Positions 55,239 to 64,000 of a stretch of 64,000 nucleotides of DNA are shown in pieces. Made by a program: the position numbers and the translations under genes. The notes below the pieces were generated by a model that was given only the letters and a program-made list of their open reading frames with translations, ran no database searches and was not told the origin of the DNA. The DNA lies in the IMG/VR virus record IMGVR_UViG_3300043185_000099, positions 32,001-96,000 of that record. One strand, written 5' to 3'. Within the stretch, counting starts at the first letter, position 1, and every line of letters begins with the position of its first letter. The DNA is from a virus.

Positions 55239-57889
55239 CAGGTGTCTCCCTTGAAGAGCGCCCTGAACACATCGAGGGCCAAGTTGGGGATACCGCCGGC
55301 AAAGAGAACGAGACCCCCGCCGTAGGAATCGGCCGCCGGATTCGCCGGAGAGATGGGCTTCTTCTGCGAAGCGAGGAGAGCTGTCGTCACTCCATTGGTC
55401 CCAGGAGCCACGACCACCAAACCTGCCGCAGGAACGATGCTGAGGAAAAACCTCAGCAGACGCTGGATCAGAGCATTGATCCTGTTGAGGAACGCCTGAA
55501 GCTCGCGGAGCCGCGACTGCAGATACTCGATGAAGCGTAAGATCGTCTCGGCGATGGATTCGATGGCCGCCTGGATGGAGCGTAGGAGAGCAAGGATCTG
55601 ATCGAAGAACCTGTCGATGGCGGGGAGGCCCTGAGGGAACATGCGGAAGGCGATCCATCCTTGCTCGCGTGAACGGACCTGGGGACCTGCCGCGACCTGG
55701 AGGACGAACTGGGCTCCGGCGTAGACCGTGTCGGGAACGAGGTTCCTAAAGAATGCGATCTGGTTGAGCCGTGCGCCCTGTCGAGAGTAGATGACCGGAG
55801 CCATGTCGAAGGAACCGCGTCCTCGATTGCTCTCGCCCTGTGCCGCAAAGAAGAAGTGAGGACTCCTCGGCAGGACGGTTTGATCAGCGACGGTCACGGC
55901 GATACGATCACCACCCCGACCATCAGGGATACCGAGGGCGAGAGGATTGGGGGCCACGCCATTGAGCAGGTCGGCGCTTCGCAGAAGCTCCAAGGTCGTG
56001 CCTCCCTCGAGCGTCGTATCGGTGAAGGCTGGATCGACGGTGGAGAAGAACTTGCCGTCATCGAACAGGACCCGGAAGTTGAGGAGATCCTCACCGATCT
56101 CCACAGCAAGTTGGCGGGCCGGCAGGGGTGGGAGATTCTGCGTGAGGAACCTGTTCGTCAGGTTGATGCAGTTGATAAAGAGTCGCCGTCTGAACTTGGC
56201 CACGGACGCATTGGCATCGCCGAAGAACTTCTTGACGTAACGCCGGCCGACAACCTGAATCATCAGGAACTTGGCCACCTCCTCCAGACCCGTGGTCAAG
56301 CGCGCGTGGTCCTCGTACGCCCCCCAGTACGGCTCGAGGAGGCCGTTCGCGAGCACGTCGACTCCAAAGACAGGCGGGAAATTCACGGGCGCGTCCTTGC
56401 CGATCAGGACGGGAAGGTCACTCCTGCTCAAGGCCATGATGGCCAACGCCTCGGCCACGGCGCGCAGATAGAGCTGTGTACTGGCGTCCGGGAAGATAAT
56501 CTTGGTCACGAAGGAAGGGGGGCCAGCGTCGTTGAGATCGACGTTTGGCGCACGGGTCATCGGAAGCACGGGCCCGTCTCGGTCCCTCAATGATGTCTGG
56601 TCCACGAGGAAGGAGTAGTCCGTCGGACTCTTGACCGACCTGTTGACTGCCCTGACGCGGACAAAGAACTCCTCTGGTTGCCGGTTGTCGTTTTTCCGCT
56701 GAAGGCGGTTGCCGAACACCAGGTCCCACTCCGCGGCGAAAGGCATGTCGTCGAACTGGAACGTCGCGCCGAATCCTCGACCGGGGAAGAAAATATTCTG
56801 TGCAAAGGGGACAAAGAACGTGCGCTGAAGATAGAACTTCCCGCCTTCCTGCATGTCCGAGAGCTGGATGGGTGCTCTATCCGAGAGGTTTTTGATCCCG
56901 TAGACGCGGACGGCATCGGGCTTGCGGTCCCCGAAAAGCGTGACGGCGTCGTTCCAGTCGATCGCTCCGCGGAGATCAAGCTGCTGAACGCCTCCATGGA
57001 GGAGGATTGGATTGCCGTCGTCATCCTTGCAGTTGACGATCTCCACCTTGGCCGGCTGGTTCGTCAACTCCAGAGTCTCCAAAACCCCCTCGATTGGGCG
57101 TTCACACACAACCTGGATTGGCTGCTCGAGGGTGCTGAACTCGACCAAAAAGCCCGCGGGAGGGAGAATCGGTCGGTCGGGCCAAGGCGCTCCCGGTATC
57201 GGCGCCATCTCCCACGTCAAGTTCACAGCGTTGTACGGGGAGCTGAGATTCTGGTCGACGGTCCTGTTGAGATCGAACCCCTTGAAGAACCCCTTGTTGA
57301 ACGAGAAGATCGTCGCTCCATCGTAGCCGTAAGTAGCCTGCACATTACTGACCTGGTTCATCATCCGGGGCAGCGGGTAGCGCCTGTTGAAGAGACGGAG
57401 GATGCTCCTGATCAGCTGGACGATGCGGTTGATTCCGCGGATGTCCGCTTGGACAAAAAGAAAGACGGCGATACACGACGACAGCTCGCTGATATCGGGC
57501 CGGTTAGCATCCCCGGTGTCGGTCAAGCGCGCGACCATTCTGCCCTCGTAGCCGAGGTAGCCACCGCGGAGTGACTGAAAGTCGGGCCCGACCAGCGAGT
57601 AGTAGTCGCCGTGGATGTAGATGCCGAGCTGACGCAGATCGTTAAGGATGGTCTCGATCAGGTCCCTGAGCGCCTCGATGACCGCTATGATCGGGTCGAG
57701 CAGACCCGTGGCGAAGACCTTGAGAACCTCCAGTAATCCGATCAGGATGTTGAGGATCTGGATGAGAAACGAGAAGAATGCGTCGACAGCCTGCCGGACC
57801 GGCTCAAGGAAATCGGGAATCTCCAGCGAAACCGTCTGCCAGGTGCCGAGTACGCCCTGTTCCTGAGGGCCCTGTTCAGGATTGGCCAC
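55238..57889 (-). CDS. Hypothetical protein (probable virion/baseplate hub), amphipathic helical N- and C-termini
   Basis: 883 aa; helical-bundle-like termini (LIQILNILIGLLEVLK..., LLRSIQAAIESIAETILRFIEYL). Confidence 0.65.
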   Translation of the reverse strand: MANPEQGPQEQGVLGTWQTVSLEIPDFLEPVRQAVDAFFSFLIQILNILIGLLEVLKVFATGLLDPIIAVIEALRDLIETILNDLRQLGIYIHGDYYSLVGPDFQSLRGGYLGYEGRMVARLTDTGDANRPDISELSSCIAVFLFVQADIRGINRIVQLIRSILRLFNRRYPLPRMMNQVSNVQATYGYDGATIFSFNKGFFKGFDLNRTVDQNLSSPYNAVNLTWEMAPIPGAPWPDRPILPPAGFLVEFSTLEQPIQVVCERPIEGVLETLELTNQPAKVEIVNCKDDDGNPILLHGGVQQLDLRGAIDWNDAVTLFGDRKPDAVRVYGIKNLSDRAPIQLSDMQEGGKFYLQRTFFVPFAQNIFFPGRGFGATFQFDDMPFAAEWDLVFGNRLQRKNDNRQPEEFFVRVRAVNRSVKSPTDYSFLVDQTSLRDRDGPVLPMTRAPNVDLNDAGPPSFVTKIIFPDASTQLYLRAVAEALAIMALSRSDLPVLIGKDAPVNFPPVFGVDVLANGLLEPYWGAYEDHARLTTGLEEVAKFLMIQVVGRRYVKKFFGDANASVAKFRRRLFINCINLTNRFLTQNLPPLPARQLAVEIGEDLLNFRVLFDDGKFFSTVDPAFTDTTLEGGTTLELLRSADLLNGVAPNPLALGIPDGRGGDRIAVTVADQTVLPRSPHFFFAAQGESNRGRGSFDMAPVIYSRQGARLNQIAFFRNLVPDTVYAGAQFVLQVAAGPQVRSREQGWIAFRMFPQGLPAIDRFFDQILALLRSIQAAIESIAETILRFIEYLQSRLRELQAFLNRINALIQRLLRFFLSIVPAAGLVVVAPGTNGVTTALLASQKKPISPANPAADSYGGGLVLFAGGIPNLALDVFRALFKGDT

Positions 57890-58168
57890 CTAGCGCCCTC
57901 CTCCGTGCTTCAACCGCCGCAGTTGGTAGCTGAGGTCATCAATCTGCTTCACGTCACGGTCAGCCTGTTGTTGCAGGAGATCGCGTAGCTGGCCGAGCAG
58001 CTCGGCGTACCGCTTGAACGTGGTGAGCTGCGCCTTGTCTCCCTCATTCACATGACCCTCGTTGCTGACCCACTCACCCACGGGGATTCCGTCGGCGCGG
58101 AGACGCTCCTTCACTTCCTCCACCGTCATCTTGGAGACGTCGAAGTCGAATGGGCTCTTATACTTCAT
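57890..58168 (-). CDS. Small coiled-coil hypothetical protein
   Basis: 92 aa, ATGA overlap with the upstream gene; GGAGG SD for the next gene lies in its 3' end. Confidence 0.65.
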   Translation of the reverse strand: MKYKSPFDFDVSKMTVEEVKERLRADGIPVGEWVSNEGHVNEGDKAQLTTFKRYAELLGQLRDLLQQQADRDVKQIDDLSYQLRRLKHGGGR

Positions 58169-61100
58169 GACCCAGCATCCTTCACGGACTGGGCGAGACG
58201 AAGCTGACGCAGCTCGTCGCGTCGCTTCTTCGGAAGCTCATCCTCGAACCGGGTGATCCTCACCAGTGTCCCGTCCTCCCGATTGGTCCTGAAATCGAGC
58301 CAGGCGAGCCGGAGTTCCCGGAACTGATCGTTATTGTTGAGCACGTCGTCGATCCTGTCGGGCAGGACGGGCCGGCCGTCTCCCTCCTCGGCCGCGGGGT
58401 TGTCAGCGTTGCTCTCCAGAGTCGAGTAGCTCGGCGTCCCTGGCGGCGATCCTGGCGGGAACTCGTGGTCCAAGCGGTCGTCGTTGACCCAGAACCGACG
58501 GTCTAGGACGGACAGCGCGTCGGACGTGTTGGCGAACGGACTGATTCCGATAAGCCCGCGGACGCCGTCAATCAGCTCATTGCTCATGACTCCCTTCCCT
58601 TCGTCGGGGATCAGAGGGTTACCGAGATCGGCCACGTGCTGATCTCGCTGGAAGACAAAGTAGTTCCCGTACTTGTCCTCCCGGAAGAACACGTCGAACT
58701 CCTCCAAGAAACTCAACGTCCGCTCACGCATCAAGAGAACGAGGTCGACGGCCTCCGAGCTGAACAGCGACGAGGGCCTGATCACGCGGTACGAGAACGG
58801 CGCGATCGAGAACAGGTTGCCCAGGAAACTGTTGGAGGGCGATCCGTTCTCGCCCGCGAAGGCGGTCGGGCGGAGGTCCATTTGGCCCTCCAAGCCAGGC
58901 CCTCCGGGCGGGTCAGCGAACGGTGCGGTCGAGGCGCTAACCGTCGGCAATACCGTGTACTCCGCCGTGGTGCCGAAGGTGACGAAGCCTCCTCCGGGAT
59001 CGGCCGAGTAGTCGGTCTCCGAGCTGACCGTGAGCGCATCCTTGGCAACGGTCGTGACTCTGTACCAGCCGCGGTTGTCATCGAGCTGTGAGGGCCCACC
59101 AGCGATGAACGGCACTTCCTGGCCCGCTGTAGCGAGGGTGCGGTTGGGCACGCTGCGATCGCCGAACGCTCTCGTGCCTCTCTCCAGCCCTGTCGTGGGA
59201 ACGGCACCGAGCGGCCCGGAGAGAACGCCGGCCGGATCGATGACGACGATGTCTCCCTCCTGGATGCCGAGGGCGTCGTAGTTGATCGTCTTGTCCGTGT
59301 CCTGCACGCGTCTCGGATCCGTGGGAGCCATCTCGACCTCCACGATCCCCCCCACCTGTGTGGACAAGTTCGCGCGACGTTCCAGCAGAACCTGATCGGT
59401 GATCATCGTGAGGAGCTGTTCGTTGCTCTGCTCGTGGGGCACGGGAGCCTGCCGCAGGTAGATCTCGAACGGCTTACCGGGCACGTCGGCGGCCGACACG
59501 GCCAGGATCCCCGGAGGCTTGAGCCAGATGTCATCCGGGCCCTCGATACCGCCGATCTCGATCTCGTCCAGCACGGTGATGCCGTCGTCATCGAGGAGGC
59601 GGAAGACGTCCCCGGGGTTGACGTTGACGAGATCATCGTCGAACCCCCCGAGCTGCGTGCCACCAGTCGAGGTCACGACGAACGGGTAGGGCGTGGCGCT
59701 GGGACCAATGACCTTAGTACCGAAAGCCGTGATCGTGCCGCGTCGGATCTGATAGACGTAGCGCAGTGGCCCGAGAAGTTCGCCCACGTTGGACAACACG
59801 TTGTGAAACCGTCGGATGCGGCGGATCTCCCAGGTGACGGGCTCGTCGGCTGCCTCGCCGAAGGCAGTTGGATCTCGGAACCCGATGGCCGCCAACGGGA
59901 CCGAGTTCCCGGCATCGACGACGCGCTCGTCGGCGCCGGAGAGATTGAGGGTGGGACGAGGCCATGACGGCTCGAGGAACACGCCCGCCTGGGCACGAAA
60001 TCCAGGCACAAGCGCCGGACCAAGGGTGACGAATTGGTCCCCGGGCATGATAGCAATCAGACCGGGGGTCGTGTGTACCGCATCCCACGTCGTGTTGCCC
60101 AGGGACTGATCGATCTGGATGTACTGTGTGACGTTGTCGTAAACGTAGGCGTTCTCGTTGTTGACGAATGACGTGTTGGCGATGGGCGTGGCAACAACAA
60201 TCCCCATCTCGTCAACCCCTGGAGGCCCCGCGACAAGGTTCGGGAGGGCGATCTCGTACTGGAACGGTCCACCGGGTCCGATGACCGTGATGCCCGAGAA
60301 TCCACCGATGGGAACGTCGACGCCAACCGGCACGAGCGAGCCCACAGCATTGCGCGGCAAGATGTCTTCGGGCGCCAAGTCCATGGTGACGTCGAACCGA
60401 AAGAACCCCGAGACAAGCGTGCCTTCGGGAAGAGCATCGATGGCGGCTCGAGCGGCTGCTCCCGCGATCGAACCGTCAAAGCTGATCTCCGTGCCGAAGA
60501 CCGTGGTGAACGTGCCAGAAGCCGTGTCGACCGCACTGTAGTTGACTTTGAAGTTCGCCGTCCCGTAGTCCAAGGCGGCGGAGTTGGGTTGTGCGATAAG
60601 GTAGATAGTGCCCGTCGCGTCCCAAGCCGAAGTCGTCGCGTCATTGAGAAGCGCATTGGAGATGATGACGGCCTGTGCACCGTCAGTGTCCGCGCTAACG
60701 AGGGTCGGGAACAGGATCGATGCCCACCCTGCGGTATTCGCCGGAAGCGTGTTGGTGGTCAGGGTGAGCTGGCGCTCGCGTGTGGTGACCTCGTTGGGCT
60801 CGATGACATGCTTCACGAGGTACGTCCCCGCACTGGTTGCAGCTCGAGGGGTCGCGTCCGCACTGCCCAGGATCATGCAAACGTCTCCAGCCTCAACGCT
60901 GGAAAACGCGCCTACCGCCACGGCCAACGGAGTCACGCCGTCGCTGGAGATACGGAAGTTCCTGTCCATCGCAACGCCCGTAACGCCTGTCCCCGAGGCG
61001 ATCTGGGTCGCCGATCCCTCCGGAAATGCCGAGGATGGGACGGCCGAGAACGTGATGTCCGACGTCGTGAGGATGGGCGTGTTGGCGTGTCCCTCAAATC

Positions 61101-64000
61101 CCATCACCCTCAGCGTCCCGCGTCCCGTGCCTGCTGGCAGCGGATCGAAGGTCCCGATGCGGGGAGCCGAGGCCCTGTCCAGGAAGGTGAATGCCAAGCC
61201 CCCGTTCACCTCCGCTGCCGCGTTGACTGTGCACGCATCCGTCGTGCTGCTGGCCACGAACGACACCTCCAACTCGCTTGCCACGGGCACCCCGGCCACG
61301 AGCGGCTCCGTCCGAGGGAGGACCGTGCGGAGGTCGAGTCCCTCGTCGAGCGTCAGCCTGTCGGTAGCGATAAACCCCGTCGTGCTAGCACCTCCGGCGC
61401 CGACGGCCGACGTGAGATCGAGATCGATGGTGAACCACAGCGGGATCGTGTCGCCCGGGTTGATTGGGTCCTCCGGCAACGTCGGCGGCACCAAGCCCGG
61501 GTTGGGCGCAATGGTCACAAACGGCGCGGGCGTATCCACGTAGATCTTCTCGTCGTCGGCCGAGATTGCCGTGATGGCCTGTGCTCCAGCGTCTCCCGTT
61601 ACCGTAGGTGCGCCGTTGTTGAACGCGATGACGACCGACTGGAAGAACACGGGCGCCGGGTTGACGAGGTCGGGGGCCGACCAGATGTTGATCGTGACGA
61701 CATTGTCCTGCACACCGCCAAAGAACGGGGGGCTGAAGATATCGTTGAGGCCACCAGTCAGCGCCGCGGGCGTCCCGTCGTTGAAGACCAGGATCGCATT
61801 GGAAATCTGCGTGATGTCGAACTCGGTGACGGTGCCGACGCGCCGTACGATCATGCCCGGCGGGAGTGCCAGAACGCTTTGGTTTACGAATGACATCGCC
61901 GTCTTGAGTCGATACCGGATTCGTTCCGCGGCGGCTGTGGGCAGCGCAGAGGGGGTCACGAAGCGCGGGGGCTCGATGACACTGCCCCCCGATCCTCCGT
62001 CGACGAACCCGACGGACAAGATGCCCTGGGAACCAGGCGGCAGACCTGCCGCGGCCTGCCCGGTTTCCACGAGCAGAATATCGAACGGAGCCACGTCCCC
62101 AATACCGCTGTTCGGGGCATAGACACCGGCAGTGGCCACCGGCGTCGCATCCAGGTCGGTGAGGATGGCGGCGGGAGGGCCGGCTCCGAGAGCCCCGAGA
62201 ATCTGCCCATCGATGCCCTGAATTTCATCCGGGTAGACCGCGTTCGGGACCAGCGAGTCTGCGAATATGGCCTGGAACGACTCCTGAACGATCCCCAGGA
62301 CCTCAATCTCCGTGTTCGGCGTGTAGAGGTACGGCAACGTGTAGTCGCCACTATCGTTGGTGAATCCGCCAGTCAGCGCTGGAATCGGGACGGGCTCCGT
62401 GCGACCGCTGCGGAAGCTGACATTCGCCTCGATCGTGCTCAGGGGCAGCGGCGGCCTCTGGTGCAGGACCTCCTTGAGACCGAAGATGCTCGGATCGCGG
62501 TAGCTCGGGAACGTGATGTCTCTGTATTCCCCGTCCGGCCGATCAACGCGGAGGTCGAAGTTCAGGCGGAACTCAGGCAGTCCTTGAATCTGCGCAGCCG
62601 TCTGCTCCTGCGTGGGCGGATCATCCACGTTGCCGCTCGTTACGTCGGCGTCAGGCGGCGTGACGAAAATAGTGTCACCTCGTGACAGCTCAATGGGCGG
62701 ATTCGTCGCGGCCGGATCCTCGGAAACCTCAAGGAGTCCGTTCGGTGGGATCGTCGCGCCATCCTGGTCGACGAACGTGATGATACAGCCGAGGATGATC
62801 TCCCCCACGAAAATCGACTTCGTGACGGTGAAGTTTTCGTCGAGAAACTCGAAGGAGAGCGACTGTCCCGCGGCCGCGTCAATAATCCTGCCGTCCGGTC
62901 TCCCGAACGCCACCTTCGGGAGTGTCAGCGGTTCGTCCGTCCAGACGAAGAACGCCGGGGTGAACAGGTCGGGATCACCTGTACTAAGGTCAATGATCTC
63001 TCCGCCCTGTGCTGCGAGCTGTGCAACATCAGGTACACCACCTTCTCCGATCGGGAAATCGCCCAGGGGAAGCGGCGTGGCGATGACGGCTGGTCGTGGT
63101 GACGCCGCGAAACCGGGGAACCCGACGATGAACTGGTCGAGTTCGGGGAAACCCACGTTGCTGTAGGCGTAGATACGAGCACGCGGCAATCGAGGACGAA
63201 CACTGATCGATCCAATGTTCTCGATCTGCCCAAGTACCGGGTTGCCGATCTCGCCGATGGACTTGAGGAACGTGCTGGCCCGCTTGGGAAACTCGACCTT
63301 GAAGTTGCCCCCGTCTCCCTTGATGGACAGCCGCTTGATCCGCTTGCGGAAAGCATACACCCCAGGATTGATCGGGACGGACTCCAGGTCCGCTCCGATA
63401 CCAGGGTCGGTGAGAGTGAATGCCTCGGCGCGTTCGGGGAAGATCCTGGAGAACGCACTGGGCGTCGCCATCCGGCGGTACCTGCCGAACGCCTCGAGCT
63501 TCAGTGGAAAGAGCTGCAGCCGCTTGCGTGTCCGAGAGACGAGAACGACATCGTCGACGTCGTTCATCACCAGCGCCCTCTGTTCCCCCTGGAGGTCCCC
63601 GAGGAAGTCCGGGTCGATGTACGGCCCCTCGATGTCGTCTCCCGTCACCGTGAGAGCGGTCGGGTCCACAAGCGGGTCGCGCTCCAGGAACACGGTGGCC
63701 GGGTTGTAGGCGAAGAACAGCTCGCTGAAGATGTTGCGTCGGTTCAGCTCGCCTGTGATCTCGTCCTCATATCCGGGGGGCGGGATGTCTTTTCCACGAC
63801 CGACAAAGAAACGGAACTTCCCATCACGGTCGCCGATCACGTTCCCGCTGATCGTTTCCTGGGCCTGCTCAAAGGGGATGATCGTCTCGTTGTAGAACTC
63901 CAGAAAGACTCGGGCCGCACGATCCGTGTCCTCCAGGTCCCGGAGCTGCGACTTGAGCCCCAAGCGACCTTGGGTGGCATTCTCCAGGGGGGGAACGACA
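58165..64000 (-). CDS. Very large virion structural protein (5'-truncated by the window edge)
   Basis: >1940 aa; the frame stays open from 63963 to the window end; Gly/Pro/Thr/Val-rich, structural-type composition. Confidence 0.75.
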   Translation of the reverse strand, partial: VVPPLENATQGRLGLKSQLRDLEDTDRAARVFLEFYNETIIPFEQAQETISGNVIGDRDGKFRFFVGRGKDIPPPGYEDEITGELNRRNIFSELFFAYNPATVFLERDPLVDPTALTVTGDDIEGPYIDPDFLGDLQGEQRALVMNDVDDVVLVSRTRKRLQLFPLKLEAFGRYRRMATPSAFSRIFPERAEAFTLTDPGIGADLESVPINPGVYAFRKRIKRLSIKGDGGNFKVEFPKRASTFLKSIGEIGNPVLGQIENIGSISVRPRLPRARIYAYSNVGFPELDQFIVGFPGFAASPRPAVIATPLPLGDFPIGEGGVPDVAQLAAQGGEIIDLSTGDPDLFTPAFFVWTDEPLTLPKVAFGRPDGRIIDAAAGQSLSFEFLDENFTVTKSIFVGEIILGCIITFVDQDGATIPPNGLLEVSEDPAATNPPIELSRGDTIFVTPPDADVTSGNVDDPPTQEQTAAQIQGLPEFRLNFDLRVDRPDGEYRDITFPSYRDPSIFGLKEVLHQRPPLPLSTIEANVSFRSGRTEPVPIPALTGGFTNDSGDYTLPYLYTPNTEIEVLGIVQESFQAIFADSLVPNAVYPDEIQGIDGQILGALGAGPPAAILTDLDATPVATAGVYAPNSGIGDVAPFDILLVETGQAAAGLPPGSQGILSVGFVDGGSGGSVIEPPRFVTPSALPTAAAERIRYRLKTAMSFVNQSVLALPPGMIVRRVGTVTEFDITQISNAILVFNDGTPAALTGGLNDIFSPPFFGGVQDNVVTINIWSAPDLVNPAPVFFQSVVIAFNNGAPTVTGDAGAQAITAISADDEKIYVDTPAPFVTIAPNPGLVPPTLPEDPINPGDTIPLWFTIDLDLTSAVGAGGASTTGFIATDRLTLDEGLDLRTVLPRTEPLVAGVPVASELEVSFVASSTTDACTVNAAAEVNGGLAFTFLDRASAPRIGTFDPLPAGTGRGTLRVMGFEGHANTPILTTSDITFSAVPSSAFPEGSATQIASGTGVTGVAMDRNFRISSDGVTPLAVAVGAFSSVEAGDVCMILGSADATPRAATSAGTYLVKHVIEPNEVTTRERQLTLTTNTLPANTAGWASILFPTLVSADTDGAQAVIISNALLNDATTSAWDATGTIYLIAQPNSAALDYGTANFKVNYSAVDTASGTFTTVFGTEISFDGSIAGAAARAAIDALPEGTLVSGFFRFDVTMDLAPEDILPRNAVGSLVPVGVDVPIGGFSGITVIGPGGPFQYEIALPNLVAGPPGVDEMGIVVATPIANTSFVNNENAYVYDNVTQYIQIDQSLGNTTWDAVHTTPGLIAIMPGDQFVTLGPALVPGFRAQAGVFLEPSWPRPTLNLSGADERVVDAGNSVPLAAIGFRDPTAFGEAADEPVTWEIRRIRRFHNVLSNVGELLGPLRYVYQIRRGTITAFGTKVIGPSATPYPFVVTSTGGTQLGGFDDDLVNVNPGDVFRLLDDDGITVLDEIEIGGIEGPDDIWLKPPGILAVSAADVPGKPFEIYLRQAPVPHEQSNEQLLTMITDQVLLERRANLSTQVGGIVEVEMAPTDPRRVQDTDKTINYDALGIQEGDIVVIDPAGVLSGPLGAVPTTGLERGTRAFGDRSVPNRTLATAGQEVPFIAGGPSQLDDNRGWYRVTTVAKDALTVSSETDYSADPGGGFVTFGTTAEYTVLPTVSASTAPFADPPGGPGLEGQMDLRPTAFAGENGSPSNSFLGNLFSIAPFSYRVIRPSSLFSSEAVDLVLLMRERTLSFLEEFDVFFREDKYGNYFVFQRDQHVADLGNPLIPDEGKGVMSNELIDGVRGLIGISPFANTSDALSVLDRRFWVNDDRLDHEFPPGSPPGTPSYSTLESNADNPAAEEGDGRPVLPDRIDDVLNNNDQFRELRLAWLDFRTNREDGTLVRITRFEDELPKKRRDELRQLRLAQSVKDAGS

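Noticed and set aside
21103-64000. Extracellular contractile injection system/T6SS or a diversity-generating retroelement
   Set aside because: The baseplate genes are contiguous with phage-type replication genes and homing endonucleases, which favours a phage. No reverse transcriptase or TR/VR pair was seen in the window.

Overview
GC-rich window that reads as part of a large (jumbo-type) contractile-tailed phage genome. Almost all genes are on the minus strand and many are joined by 1-4 nt start/stop overlaps. The left third (1-21 kb) holds DNA replication and modification genes plus a lysis-like block. It encodes an NAD-dependent ligase, a stand-alone primase zinc-binding domain, a DnaB-like helicase, a degenerate DnaC-like loader, an SNF2 helicase, a complete N4C/N6A methyltransferase, GroEL, a peptidoglycan-binding protein and a holin-like membrane protein. 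The right two-thirds (21-64 kb) is a virion morphogenesis block with gp25-like, baseplate-J-like, tail-fibre-like and very large structural proteins, interrupted by two free-standing homing endonucleases. A third free-standing endonuclease lies in the replication block. The most striking feature is a beta-class amino-DNA methyltransferase that appears cut into three module types at the same conserved boundaries. There are two catalytic DPPY modules (one carries an intein), three target-recognition-region modules and one SAM-binding module with a decayed catalytic half. This suggests a possible combinatorial, in-trans methyltransferase system. All annotation is by eye from motifs; no database searches were run.
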